Shown here: piece after piece, positions 29,651-43,989 of the stretch
How positions within the stretch are numbered: the stretch's first letter is position 1
How the letters are laid out: each line of letters starts with the position of its first letter
From: an uncultured Chloroflexia bacterium
GTDB lineage: Bacteria > Chloroflexota > Anaerolineae > CG2-30-64-16
Assembly: GCA_963695715.1 (NCBI GenBank)
Contig: CAVOHP010000010.1
Location: 42,749 to 106,748, forward strand
DNA length: 64,000 nt
Reading direction: 5' to 3'
Program-made: the position numbers and the translations under genes
Notes under the pieces: generated by a model
Database searches by the model: none
Seen by the model: only the letters and a program-made list of their open reading frames with translations
What the model was told of the DNA's origin: nothing

Positions 29651-31489
29651 ATGGGCCAGTACGAAAAGCACATCTTCGTTTGCACTTATGGCCCCTGGTG
29701 TCAACGCGACGGCGACACCGAGGCCCTGACCCGCGAGCTGAAATATGAGATCGCCCGGGCCGGATTGAAAGGCAAGGTAAGGGTCAATAAGTCGGGCTGC
29801 CTCAACCAGTGCGGGCACGGGCCGATGGTGGTTGTCTATCCTGCGGGCCATTGGTATGCCCGCGTCGCCCCGGAGGACGCCCCGGAAATCGTCGCCGAAG
29901 ACATCCTCGGCGACAGGCTCGTCGAACGACTGGCGTATGTAGCTCCCCCCGGCGATAACAAAGACCTCACCGCATATCCCGCCGAACTCGTGGCTGCCGA
30001 ACAGGCCGCCAGGCGCGATGTGAATCGTCAGGCCCCTCAATTGGACACGACTACCCTGATCTTCGTTCGGCATGGCGAATCCCTGCAAAACCGGGGCGAT
30101 GTCAAGACCGAACTCGACAGCGGCCTCACAGAGCTGGGGTGGCGCCAGTCCATGCTGGTCGCGGACTGGCTGGCCCGAACCCACACCCCTGATGTCATCA
30201 TCTCGAGCACGATGCGCCGCGCTCGACAAACCGCCGACCTGATCGGGCGTCGGCTCGGTTTGCCCATCGTCATTCAGTCCGGCCTGGAGGAGGCGGACGT
30301 CAGCTATTGGAACGAATTGCCCGCTGCCCATCCGGCGGGTCCGCTGTCGCTGTGGGATGATTGCTGGCTCCCCACGGTCGAGAATGCCCCCGCGTATACG
30401 GAGTTCCGGGCCAGACTGCACCGCGCGCTGGATGAGATTTTCTCAGTCTATGCCGGAAAGACCGTCGTCATTGTATCGCACGGCGGCTCCATCGGCACCA
30501 TACTGCGCAGCCTTTTCAGCGGACATTCCATGCCGGTCTTCACCCAGAACTCCGGCGTGACGCAGCTTACCTGGAAAGATGGGCGCTGGCAATTGGTCGG
30601 CCAGAATCTGCAAGAACATCTATCTCCGTTCTTTGCCGCTCGAAGCAGCCCGGGAAACGTCGCGGATTCCGGGCGGTTTCCCTGGAACAAACCAAACGGC
30701 TTACAGGGCGTTCAGAACTACTATCGGACGGTGGCGCGCGCGCCGGAAAGTCAAGTCCTATCGGCCGCGAACGACAGCTCCCTGGTCGAGTTGCTTGCTT
30801 CGATCCAGCCCGAAGACTCCGTGCTTGAGGTCGGCTGCGGATCGGGCGCGTTCTCCCTGGCGCTTGCCTCCCGGGCGGGCCACGTCACCGGGATAGATGC
30901 ATCGGCTTCCATGCTCGAGCGCGCCGAGTTGAAACGGATCGAAGCAGGATGCAGCAATCTCGACCTCGTCTGGGCCGACGCCGCCGATCTTCCCCTGCCC
31001 GATGCGTCGCGAGATCTGGTCGCCTCGCGCGATTTGTGGAGCCACCTTGGCGCGCCGCAAGCCTATCTGTCTGAAGTCAAGCGCGTGCTGCGCCCGACGG
31101 GCCGTTTGTTGCTGGATGAACTGATCGGCAGCGCAGAACCGGTCAAGCGCGCCACCCAGGAAGCCATCGAAGTGCGCCGCAATCCGTCCTTTGCGCACTT
31201 GCCCACGCGGGCCGAGATCGAGCGTCTTCTTTCGGAGGCAGGCTTCAGAGTGACGCAGGCCGAAACCTATCCGGTCAGTCTTACGCTTAACGACTGGCTG
31301 GCCGAAGTCGCCGCCGACGAAAACACCCAGGGCGAGGTGCGAAAAATGCTGGAGGCCGGCATGGATGAGGACGCAGCCGGTTTGCACGTCCATCGCAACC
31401 GCGACGGCGCCATCAAGTTCACGCAGCAACGCCTGCGGCTCCTCGCGATCCCTGTGGCGCCCGTGACTTCTGTCAATCAATCACAGTAG
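29651..31489 (+). CDS. tri-domain fusion: thioredoxin-like [2Fe-2S] ferredoxin, histidine phosphatase (PGM family), and class I SAM methyltransferase
   Basis: Start chosen at MGQYEKHIFVCTYGPWCQ..SGCLNQCGHGP (ferredoxin Cys pattern). The middle has IFVRHGESLQN..SHGGSI (RHG phosphatase). The C-terminus has VLEVGCGSGAFSLALA..DLVWADA (Methyltransf_11-like). Confidence 0.65.
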   Translation: MGQYEKHIFVCTYGPWCQRDGDTEALTRELKYEIARAGLKGKVRVNKSGCLNQCGHGPMVVVYPAGHWYARVAPEDAPEIVAEDILGDRLVERLAYVAPPGDNKDLTAYPAELVAAEQAARRDVNRQAPQLDTTTLIFVRHGESLQNRGDVKTELDSGLTELGWRQSMLVADWLARTHTPDVIISSTMRRARQTADLIGRRLGLPIVIQSGLEEADVSYWNELPAAHPAGPLSLWDDCWLPTVENAPAYTEFRARLHRALDEIFSVYAGKTVVIVSHGGSIGTILRSLFSGHSMPVFTQNSGVTQLTWKDGRWQLVGQNLQEHLSPFFAARSSPGNVADSGRFPWNKPNGLQGVQNYYRTVARAPESQVLSAANDSSLVELLASIQPEDSVLEVGCGSGAFSLALASRAGHVTGIDASASMLERAELKRIEAGCSNLDLVWADAADLPLPDASRDLVASRDLWSHLGAPQAYLSEVKRVLRPTGRLLLDELIGSAEPVKRATQEAIEVRRNPSFAHLPTRAEIERLLSEAGFRVTQAETYPVSLTLNDWLAEVAADENTQGEVRKMLEAGMDEDAAGLHVHRNRDGAIKFTQQRLRLLAIPVAPVTSVNQSQ

Positions 31490-31507
31490 AAACAACCGCT
31501 TTGCAAC

Positions 31508-32461
31508 ATGCGACTCGGATTCGTTGTCAAACCCCTCGGCCGGCCCGAACTCAGAAGCCATGACAGCCGGCGCTGGCAGAACTCGCCGCACCTGAGCGTC
31601 AGTCTGGCCTATCTGCGTGACATCTTCGCGTATCTCGATGAGCGTGATCTGCGCATGTATCGCATGTCATCATCGCTCGCGCCTTACGCCACTCATCCCG
31701 AGTTTCCCGGCTTCGCCAACCAGATCGCCGAATGCCGCAACGAGTTAGCGCAATGCGGCCAGACCGCCCATGCGCTCCGTCTGCGCCTGTCGTTTCATCC
31801 GGGTCAATATACGGTCGCCAACAGCCCGAGTCCGGCGACTCTGGCCCTCTCGCTTGCGGATCTCACGCTCCAGGCGGATATCCTGAACGCCATGGATCTG
31901 AGCGCCGAAGCCGTGGTGATCACACATATCGGCGGCGTCTTCGGAGATAAAGAGGCCGCCCGCGAACGCTTTGCAACCAACATCCTTGAACTGCCGGCGC
32001 GCATCCGGCAACGGCTGGTCGTGGAAAACGATGACTCCCGCTTCTCGGTCGCCGACGCCGCCTGGGTTCATGAAAGAACCGGCCTGCGTCTCGTTTTTGA
32101 CAATCTGCATCATCGTCTCAACAATCCCGACGGCGTGTCCATGCGGGACGCCTTGCAGTTATGCCTCGCCACGTGGCCTGCCGATCAGATTCCCAAAGTG
32201 CATTTCAGCACGCCGCGGACGGAATGGCTGAACGAATCCGGCGATGAGGGTGAGCCGCCTCATCTGCGTATCACGAGATGGAGCCGTCACTCTGACTACA
32301 TCAACCCGTTCGAGTTCATAGACTTCCTGGAAACCGCCGACGGACTGCGCGACTTCGATATCATGCTGGAAGCGCGCGCCAAAGACCTGGCCGCAATGCG
32401 TCTGCGCGCCGATGTCTCACAATACGCGCCGGCCCTTGCCGCAAACCGATCGCTCAACTGA
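31508..32461 (+). CDS. uvsE: UV DNA damage endonuclease
   Basis: 317 aa with YRMSSSLAPYATHPE, HIGGVFGDKEAARE and VVENDD. Colinear with B. subtilis UvsE motifs. Confidence 0.75.
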   Translation: MRLGFVVKPLGRPELRSHDSRRWQNSPHLSVSLAYLRDIFAYLDERDLRMYRMSSSLAPYATHPEFPGFANQIAECRNELAQCGQTAHALRLRLSFHPGQYTVANSPSPATLALSLADLTLQADILNAMDLSAEAVVITHIGGVFGDKEAARERFATNILELPARIRQRLVVENDDSRFSVADAAWVHERTGLRLVFDNLHHRLNNPDGVSMRDALQLCLATWPADQIPKVHFSTPRTEWLNESGDEGEPPHLRITRWSRHSDYINPFEFIDFLETADGLRDFDIMLEARAKDLAAMRLRADVSQYAPALAANRSLN

Positions 32462-32484
32462 ACTTCATTGGAGATTATTCACCT

Positions 32485-34521
32485 TGCACATCGCACTTGG
32501 AATTGACACCGGCGGAACGTACACGGATGCGGTCCTTGTAAATCACGACAACGGCGCCGTGCTGGCCGGCGCGAAAGCGCTGACGACCCGGCACAACCTC
32601 ACCGAGGGCATTGCGGCCGCGCTGACCGCCCTGTTTCAGACACCGGCAGCCGGCGCGATCAACCCGCAGGATATCGGCCTGGCGTCTATCTCGACCACGC
32701 TGGCGACCAACGCCCTGGCCGAGGGGCATTCCGGCGCCGTGACGCTGTTTCTGATCGGGTATGACACCGGGCTGATGAAGCAATATGGCTTCGCCGGCCA
32801 ACTCTCCACCGATGACGTGGTCTACGTTCAGGGCGGCCACAACGATCGCGGCGAGGAGATGGCGCCGCTCGACCTGGAGCACGTCGCCCGCGAAGTCGAG
32901 AAACGCGTGGGCAAGACGGAAGCCTACGCCGTCTCCGGTTATTTCAGCGTTCGCAACCCGACCCACGAGCTACAAGTGCGCGATCTGATCGCCCAACACA
33001 CGGACTACCCGGTGAGCTGTGGGCATCAACTGAGCAGCCGTCTCAACGCCGTGCGAAGGGCCACGACAAGCGCCCTGAACGCGCACTTGATCCTGCCGCT
33101 GGACGACCTGATTCGCTCTGTGCGACGCACGCTGCTTGAACGTGGCATCACCGCGCCGCTGATGGTCGTCAAGGGCGATGGATCGTTGATCCGCGCCGAC
33201 GTCGCCCTCGAACGCCCCATCGAAACCATCCTCTCCGGCCCGGCGGCCAGCGTCGTTGGCGCATGGCACCTGGCCGGGCGGCGCAACGTGTGGGTCGTGG
33301 ATGTCGGCGGCACCACCACCGATATCGCCGCCCTCTCCGACGGCGCGCCTCGCCTGAGCCGCGAGGGCGCGCAGGTCGCGGGTTGGCGCACCATGGTCGA
33401 GGCCATTGACGTGCATACCAGCGGGCTCGGCGGCGACAGCTACGTGCGCATTGACAGCGAAGGCGCGCTGCTCATCGGCCCCCGGCGCGTCATCCCCATC
33501 TCGCTGCTCGCAAGCCAGTTTCCCGAGGTCAAGCGGGAGTTGGCGCTGCAACAGGCGATGCCGGGCCGAAAGCACCTGCCGGATGCAGCGCAGTTTCTGA
33601 CGAAGTCTCGCAACCCCGGATACGCGTTATCGGCTGAAGAAAATGAATTCCTGGCGACGCTCCAGGAAGGGCCACAGTCGCTGCTCAATCTCGCCCGGTT
33701 GGCGCGCACGCGCGGCTTCCATCGCCGCGGCCTCGAACAGATCGAACAACGCGGTCTGGCCCGTCGGTCGGCCTTCACGCCAACGGACGCCCTGCACGTG
33801 ATGGGGCTGTTCCAGCGTTGGGATTCCGAAGCGGCGCAACTGGCAGCCGAATTGCTCGCCCGCCGGCAGGGCATCACCGTCTCCGAGTTATGCGAACGCG
33901 TCGTTGCAGGGATGTCGGCCCGCGTGGCGACCGAACTCGTCTCGAAAGTCATCGAGGATTCCGGCGGGGCCGCGAGCGTGGGATCGCGAACCGACGGCGG
34001 CGGCCTTCATGCATTGCGCGCTCAACGGCGATGGCGACGACTCGGGCGAGCTGGAATGCCGGCTCACGCTGCGCCGCCCCGTGGTTGCCATCGGCGCGCC
34101 GGTCGCCGCCTACCTGCCCACAGTCGCCGCAAAGCTCAATACCGAGCTGGTGATCCCCGAATGGTCTGAGGTTGCCAACGCCGTCGGCGCCGTAGCCGGC
34201 AGCGTCACCCAGCGCGCTCGCGTCTCCATCGCGCCGATTGACCAGGGTGAGCGCTATCGCGCCTACCTCCCCGACGGCTTCCACGACTTCGAGCGCCTGG
34301 AGGACGCCGTCTCATTCGCCCGCGCGATGGTGCTGCCTGAGATCGAAAAGCAGGTGCGCATCGGCGGAGCCGAACAGGTCGAGTCGGACATGGTTCGTCG
34401 CGACGAATACGCGCCCGTGTCAGACGATCCTGCCGACCGACTCTATTTGGGCACTGAGTTGGAGTTTAGAGCCGGCGGGCGTCCCTCATTTGCACGCGAG
34501 TCGTCGCCGGTTCGCGAATGA
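32485..34521 (+). pseudogene. hydantoinase/oxoprolinase (HyuA-like) family protein, frameshift near 33905-34000
   Basis: TTG start, then LHIALGIDTGGTYTDAVLV (Hydant_A_N). Central VVDVGGTTTDIAAL. The C-terminal about 170 aa continue in ORF 33904-34521 in another frame. Confidence 0.55.
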
Positions 34522-35282
34522 GCGAGCCGCAGGTGAACCCGGACTTTCTCACCGGCGAACCGGATCCACAGGCGCCCGTCCTCGTTGTGGTCGTCAACAA
34601 CCCGGACGATCTGGCGCGCTTGCGCAGCGCCGGCTGGTATCGCATCCCGCAGGCGCGCGCGCCGCAGCGCACCGCCTCCGAATATCTCGCGTTCTACCAG
34701 ACCGCCGCATTCCCGCCCGACGAACGCTGGCAGATTCGCTGGTGCGCCCCGGTGCGCGGCTATTACCTGGTCAGCCGCAGAGAATTGATCCCCGAGGAGC
34801 CGCATCACCCGCGCGCCGAAGACCTGTATTACAAAGTGACGCTTGGGCCGCTGGTCGCGTTGCCGCGCCCCATTCCCAGCCGGCGGTTGCGCCGGATCAC
34901 CTTCATCCCCACCACAGTGGGGCGATTATCCGCCGCGCACGAGATCAACGATCTGTGGATTCGCGCCGGCGCCCACGAGCGGCTGTGGAATGCCCTGCAA
35001 CAGGCCGCCTGGAAGCCGAATCACGACCTACCAATCGCCGATGACGATGAAGAGCATCGCATTGACTTCGCGTTGCCCTGCCGTGACGGCAAAGTCGCCG
35101 TGATCATCGAAGACGCGCGGGAGACCGCCCGGCTCAACGAAGCCGGCGACCAGGTCATGACCTATCGGCTTGCCGCGCAGGGCTGGAGGACGCTGCGATT
35201 ATCAACCGCCGATATCAATCAGGATGCAACGGCCTGGGCGATCGCGCCTGGCCGAAATCTGCGCAGAACTGGGTGGACTCAC
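34518..35282 (+). CDS. hypothetical protein with C-terminal DUF559/Vsr-like endonuclease-fold motif; no stop codon before patB
   Basis: ATGA overlap with the upstream gene. The C-terminal region ..HRIDFALPCRDGKVAVIIEDARE..YRLAAQGWRTLRLSTADIN resembles DUF559. This frame reads directly into MTQTDYDF of patB without a stop. Confidence 0.4.
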
Positions 35283-36459
35283 ATGACACAGACCGATTAC
35301 GATTTCGATGCCATCATAGATCGCCGCAACACAGGCTCCGAGAAGTGGGACCGCTACGGACCCGACGTGCTGCCCTTCTGGGTCGCCGACATGGATTTTC
35401 GCTCCCCGCCGCCGGTGATCGAAGCCCTGCATCGCCGGGTAGACCAGGGCGTATTCGGCTACTCGTCCGGCGCGCCCGGCCTGAGAGAAGTCCTGGCCGA
35501 GCGCATGGGTCGGCTCTACGACTGGATCGTGGAGCCGGACGCCATCGTCCCGCTGCCGGGCGTCGTGCCGGGCGTCAGCCTCGCGTGTCTTGCGCTCACC
35601 CGCCCCGGCGAGACGGCCATCGCCATGCCGCCGGTCTATCCACCCATCCTGCGCGCGCCCGCGCTGACCGGCCTCATGCGCCTGGATGTCCCCCTGCTAT
35701 GCCGGGGACGACCTGCATTACGAGATGGATCTCGACGCCTTCGAAGCCGCGCTGACGCCGCAGTCGAAGCTCCTGATCCTTTGCAACCCGCATAACCCGG
35801 TGGGACGCGTCTTCACGCGCACCGAGTTACAAAGTTTGGCGGATATCTGTCTGCGGCGCGGCGTGGACATCTGCTCGGATGAGATTCATTGCGACTTGCT
35901 CTTCGCCGGTTACGAGCATACGCCCATCGCCGCCCTCGCGCCGGAGATCGAGGCGCGCACGATCACCCTCATGGCGCCCAGCAAGACCTTCAATATCCCC
36001 GGTCTGAAGTACTCCTTTGCCGTGATCCCGAATGCCGCCGTGCGCGACCGCTTCAATGCAGCACGCGCCCACCTCGTCTCCGAGCCGAATCTGCTGGGAA
36101 CGGCCGCCGCCCTGGCCGCATACGAGGCCGGCGGCGACTGGCTGGCGGCGTGCCTGACTTACCTGGAGGCCAATCGCGATTTCCTGGTGAACTTCATTCG
36201 CAGCCACATGCCGGGTATTGAGGTCGCCGCGCCCGAAGGAACCTATCTGGCATGGCTCGATTGCCGCAAGCTCGACCTGCCCTGCGGGCCGTATCCGTTC
36301 TTTCTGCAAGAGGCGCGCGTTGCGTTAGGCGATGGGGATCACTTCGGGCTGGGCGGCGAGGGGTTCGTCAGGCTCAACTTCGGCTGCCCGCGCGCCATGC
36401 TCACCGAGGGTTTGGAGCGCATGGCCGCCGCGCTGGCCGCGAGCACTGCGACCGCATAA
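35283..36459 (+). pseudogene. patB: MalY/PatB-type cystathionine beta-lyase (PLP C-S lyase), frameshift near 35690-35795
   Basis: N-terminal part MTQTDYDFDAIIDRRNTGSEKWD.. is in the 34518 frame. The remainder ..LLILCNPHNPVGRVF..SKTFNIPGLKYSF.. is in ORF 35686-36459. Confidence 0.6.
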
Positions 36460-36460
36460 C

Positions 36461-36498
36461 GAACAGCGAGCTCCTCGCCATTGAGGAGCTCGCTGTTC
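36461..36498. terminator. perfect 16-bp hairpin between patB and the tRNA cluster
   Basis: GAACAGCGAGCTCCTC-gccatt-GAGGAGCTCGCTGTTC. Confidence 0.5.
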
Positions 36499-36500
36499 AC

Positions 36501-36576
36501 TGGTATCCCAGAGAGGACTTGAACCTCTGGCCTCTTCCTCCGCAGGGAAGCGCTCTATCCACTGAGCTACTGGGAC
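36501..36576 (-). tRNA. tRNA-Arg (anticodon GCG as read; the isoacceptor call needs a covariance search)
   Basis: Reverse complement GUCCCAGUAGCUCAGUGGAUAGAGCGCUUCCCUGCGGAGGAAGAGGCCAGAGGUUCAAGUCCUCUCUGGGAUACCA folds as a cloverleaf with anticodon loop CU-GCG-GA. Confidence 0.7.
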
Positions 36577-36604
36577 CTATTCGCCCTGTCCTGAAGACAG
36601 AGTC

Positions 36605-38241
<1,637 letters not shown>

Positions 38242-38260
38242 CTCCCCTCCCCCAAAGTTC

Positions 38261-39560
38261 TCAAACTGGCTTCTCGCTCGCGGCGATCAATTTCAGGCGT
38301 TGCACGGTCTGGATCATCGAGCGCACCGTGTGATAGCTGATCTTCCAGGCGTGGCCCAACGCGTCATCAATCGGGACGCCGAAACGGTCCAGGCGTTCAT
38401 ACCACTCGCCGCCCGCCGCCAGGTTGACGAACTTGCCAAACACGAAGTCGTAGACGTTGCGAAACGCCGCCCAGTACTTTCTCATCGCCGAACAGCAGAT
38501 ACGCATCGAGCATACCCACCAACAATTCAGCCTGCTGCCAGAACTGCTTTTCCGTGATGGTCGGCGGCGCATCGTGGGGGCCTTCCACATATACCCCGCC
38601 ATACTCGCGGTCAATCCCATACCGCACGCAATGATCGAAGATCGGTCGCACAACCTCCGCATATCGGCTGCGCTCATGTCCCAGAACATCCGCCGCATGA
38701 AGCAGCAACCAGGCAAATTCGACGTTGTGCCCGTAAGACGTATACGACAGTGGGCGCGCCACGCCGTCCTGGGGTTTGGCATCGCGCCCCCATTCCACTG
38801 CAAACATAATCGCGGGCAGCGGGGTGAAGTCCAGTGCAAACTGGATATACCCCGTGCCGGACTCCGGGCGCAGCATCCGGTCGGTGATCAGGGCGATGCT
38901 CTCTTCCAGTCTCCGCCGGTGCGTCGGGCTGCCCGTCAACTCATAGTGCGTGGTCAGCGCCTCCATCATGTGCATGTGCACGTCCATGCTCTTGCGGTCG
39001 CCGCCATACACGCCGGGGCGTTCGGGCTGCCAATCCCGGCGCATGATCTCGTAATATCCGCCATACCGCGTGTCAATCATGTTCTGCGCGATCGCCGCAT
39101 AGGTAGACCCGGCCGTCTCGCGACCCAACGCATGCCCGGTCGCCAGCGCGAACTCGCTGAACGCGTACATGGCAAAGCACTGACCGTAGCCGATCTTGTT
39201 CGTCACCGTGGGCTGCCCGGTGCGGTCCGCGATCCAGAACCAGCCGCCGTCCTGCGCATCCCAGTAGTGCTCGCTGATGAATTCGGCGCCCATCTGCGCC
39301 AGCTCCGCGCACTGACCGCCGCCATATCCCGCGCGATGCGCGCTCGCCATCGTGTAAAGCATCCGGATTTGCATCAGGAAGGTCTTGGTCGTTTCCCCGG
39401 TGGCGCGCCCATCGCGATCAAAATACGTCAGAAAGCCGCCAAACTCCGTATCCGGAGAACGTTCGATCCAGAACGGCAACAACTGATCCGTCAAATATCG
39501 CTCTGTGTCGTTGAGAACGGAGATCACTTCACCAGGTTCGGGCATGTTTGGCCTCCTCAC
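38261..39560 (-). pseudogene. N-acylglucosamine 2-epimerase (AGE) superfamily protein, C-terminal frameshift near 38400-38840
   Basis: ORF 38397-39560 gives the alpha6/alpha6 barrel with HYWDAQDGGWFW and similar repeats. The last roughly 75 aa (..EWYERLDRFGVPIDDALGHAWKISYHTV..) are in ORF 38261-38839. Confidence 0.6.
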
Positions 39561-40259
39561 CAGCGTTCAACATATATGCACAATGCTTTCGCCGCCTATT
39601 CTACCACCGCACGCGCATCCTGCGACAATGTCGCGACAGTGCTTGCATTACCCATCTATTTGACTGGACATAGGCGCTATGTTAAGATGACTTTCGTGTG
39701 TCATGTGCGATGCGGATAGAGACGACTCCGGCTCATCCCGAAGAATCCGGGCATCGCACAACGAATTCTCACAGAAGAGCTTACCCGAAGATGCCTGTTA
39801 CAGGTCAAGCGTCGCCGCTGACCGTTGCACCAAAAAGACCGCCCTGCGCCCTGCTATCGGGGTGATGGAAGGTTGGCGTCAATATTTGGACTCAGCTCGG
39901 GTTGGCTTCATCGCTACCACTTCCACAGCCAAAACCGCTCAGCCGACGTCCCGGTTTATTCATGGCCTACCGGCAAGAAGCGATGCGAACACACAGCGCG
40001 CACGGCGTTGGCGCCTCCTTTGCCGGCCATACGCGTGCATGTTGTAGCTCGCACTTCAGCTCCGGCGCGCCTCACACGACGATACATCAATCACCCGCTC
40101 TTCCGGTGATACGGCAGCGCCTACCCGCCAACCCACCCCATCCAGAGGCAAATGACAGCAGACACTTCCGCGCCAAATCCCAGGCATCAATCCAGCCTGG
40201 GACTGTATATAAGCCGACAGTCGAGCAGCCTGGGCCGCTATATACTCGAACAAACGGTC

Positions 40260-41021
40260 ATGAGCCTGATCGGTTGGATACCGACCGTGATCGGCGTGGG
40301 CGCTCGGGCGGCGCTATACCGGCTGATTCTTCATATGGACGGCGCGGCCGCCATCGAAAACAATGTACGCTTACGCTTCACCGATCATATCCACCTCGGC
40401 AAAGGAAGTTATCTCGACTACGGGGTGTATCTTCATGCCTGCCCGGATGGCATCACCATCGGTGAAGGCGCCTATATCATGCACGGCGCCGTGCTGCACG
40501 TGTACAACTTTCGCGACCTCCCGCATGCCTTCATTCGCATCGGCAAAAACAGCCTGATCGGTGAGCTCAACGTGTTGCGGGGTCAGGGCGGCATCACCAT
40601 CGGCGATCGCGTCTATACGGCCCCGCTGGTTCAATTGCTCGCCGTCAATCATATTTACGATGACCCCACCCGCCCGATGGTGGAACAAGGGATCACCGCC
40701 GACGGCATCGTCATCGAAGATGATGTCTGGATCGGCGCAGGCGCCATCGTGACGGATGGCGTGACGATTGGCAGGGGTTCGGTCGTCGCGGCCGGCGCCG
40801 TCGTCACTTCAGATGTACCCCCGCACACGGTGGTCGGCGGAATTCCGGCCCGTGTACTCAAACAGATCGAGGGCACCGTCGCCCACTCGCACGAAGCCGG
40901 TCTACTACTGATGCCGGAGGATCCGCCCCGGCCCCATGCCAGCCGGCCCGCCCCTCGGGGTGGGCCAGGGGGAGAACCCAAATATGACGACATTGTCCCT
41001 GGTCATTCCTGCACTGAATGA
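40260..41021 (+). CDS. hexapeptide-repeat (LbH) sugar O-acetyltransferase
   Basis: Start at the internal ATG (MSLIGW..). Left-handed beta-helix repeats: [52 protein letters not shown]. Confidence 0.7.
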   Translation: MSLIGWIPTVIGVGARAALYRLILHMDGAAAIENNVRLRFTDHIHLGKGSYLDYGVYLHACPDGITIGEGAYIMHGAVLHVYNFRDLPHAFIRIGKNSLIGELNVLRGQGGITIGDRVYTAPLVQLLAVNHIYDDPTRPMVEQGITADGIVIEDDVWIGAGAIVTDGVTIGRGSVVAAGAVVTSDVPPHTVVGGIPARVLKQIEGTVAHSHEAGLLLMPEDPPRPHASRPAPRGGPGGEPKYDDIVPGHSCTE

Positions 41022-42195
41022 AGAAGACGGTATTGAAGAGGTCATGGCGCGCGTCCTATCCGCAAAGCCGGGGCTGGCGGAGCTTGGCATAGACGATCTG
41101 GAACTGATCGTCGTAGATGACGGCTCCACGGATCGCACGCCGGAGTTAGTCGAAGCCACGCCGGGCGTGACGCTCATTCGCCATGAGGTCAACGGTGGTT
41201 ATGGCGCGGCCCTGAAGACCGGCTTCGCGGCGGCGCAGGGCGAATGGGTCGGCTTTCTCGACGCCGACGGGACGTACCCTCCCGAGTACTTCCCCGCCCT
41301 CTGCGCTGCGGGCCTCGAGCAGGACGCCGACATCGTCATCGGCTCTCGCATGGCCGGCGCAGATAGCGAAATGCCGGCCGTCCGCAGGCTGGGCAACATC
41401 ATCTTCGCCAATCTCGTCAGCATCATCAGCGCCCAGAAGATCACAGACTCGGCCAGCGGGATGCGGATTTTCAAGAAATCTATCCTGGAGCAGCTTTATC
41501 CGCTGCCCGACGGTTTGAATTTGACGCCTGTCATGACGACGCGCGCGCTACACGAAGACCTGAAAATGATCGAAGTCGCCATCCCTTACAGCGAGCGGCT
41601 GGGGCGCAGCAAGCTCAACGTCGCCCGCGATGGCGTCCGCTTCGCCCACTCCATCACCTGGACCGCCATGACCTACAACCCGGTTCGACAACTGGGCATG
41701 GTCGGGCTGGGCGCGCTGGGCATTTCGGCGATCATCGGCCTCATCTTGCTGGTCTTGCGCTTGCAAGGCACCACCACGTTGGGCCCCTGGGGCGTGTTCG
41801 CCGTCTACACGGCGGCCGTCCTGGCCGTGGCGGGCGTCAGCCTCTTCATCCTGGGCACGATGTTCAACTATCTGGTGTCGCTCTTCTATCAACAGCCCAT
41901 CCGGCAAGGCCTGTTCGGCAAACCCATCTTCAACACCCCGCTGGATCGTCGCTTCTGGTGGATGGGCCTGGGGGCAATCGCCGTCGGCGTCATCATGGCC
42001 CTTGTCACGCTGATACTGGGTCTCAACGGCTGGCCGATTTCGCGCCTGTGGTTCTGGCAGCTCATTGCAGCCATGACCTCGCTCATCGGTCTGCAACTTC
42101 TGATCGGCTGGTTCATCATCCGCGTCCTCGAAGACCTGAGCCAGCGCGACCGCCTGGTCGGCTATGATATGCGCCGCACCAAACGCAACGGATAA
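40984..42195 (+). CDS. GT2 polyprenol-phosphate glycosyltransferase (DPM1/GtrB-like) with C-terminal TM domain
   Basis: Contains [27 protein letters not shown], then 4 TM helices. Confidence 0.75.
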   Translation: MTTLSLVIPALNEEDGIEEVMARVLSAKPGLAELGIDDLELIVVDDGSTDRTPELVEATPGVTLIRHEVNGGYGAALKTGFAAAQGEWVGFLDADGTYPPEYFPALCAAGLEQDADIVIGSRMAGADSEMPAVRRLGNIIFANLVSIISAQKITDSASGMRIFKKSILEQLYPLPDGLNLTPVMTTRALHEDLKMIEVAIPYSERLGRSKLNVARDGVRFAHSITWTAMTYNPVRQLGMVGLGALGISAIIGLILLVLRLQGTTTLGPWGVFAVYTAAVLAVAGVSLFILGTMFNYLVSLFYQQPIRQGLFGKPIFNTPLDRRFWWMGLGAIAVGVIMALVTLILGLNGWPISRLWFWQLIAAMTSLIGLQLLIGWFIIRVLEDLSQRDRLVGYDMRRTKRNG

Positions 42196-42264
42196 TTTCC
42201 ATACTTGTAGTCTAGCCCCTTGTGGGCGCAGGCGACGGGGCGTATTATTAATGCACGCTGAGGG

Positions 42265-43985
<1,721 letters not shown>

Positions 43986-43989
<4 letters not shown>

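Noticed and set aside
39703-40047. 114-aa ORF in the spacer upstream of the glycan locus
   Set aside because: No codon-usage periodicity, an implausible composition, and it sits in a low-GC intergenic region. Treated as non-coding.
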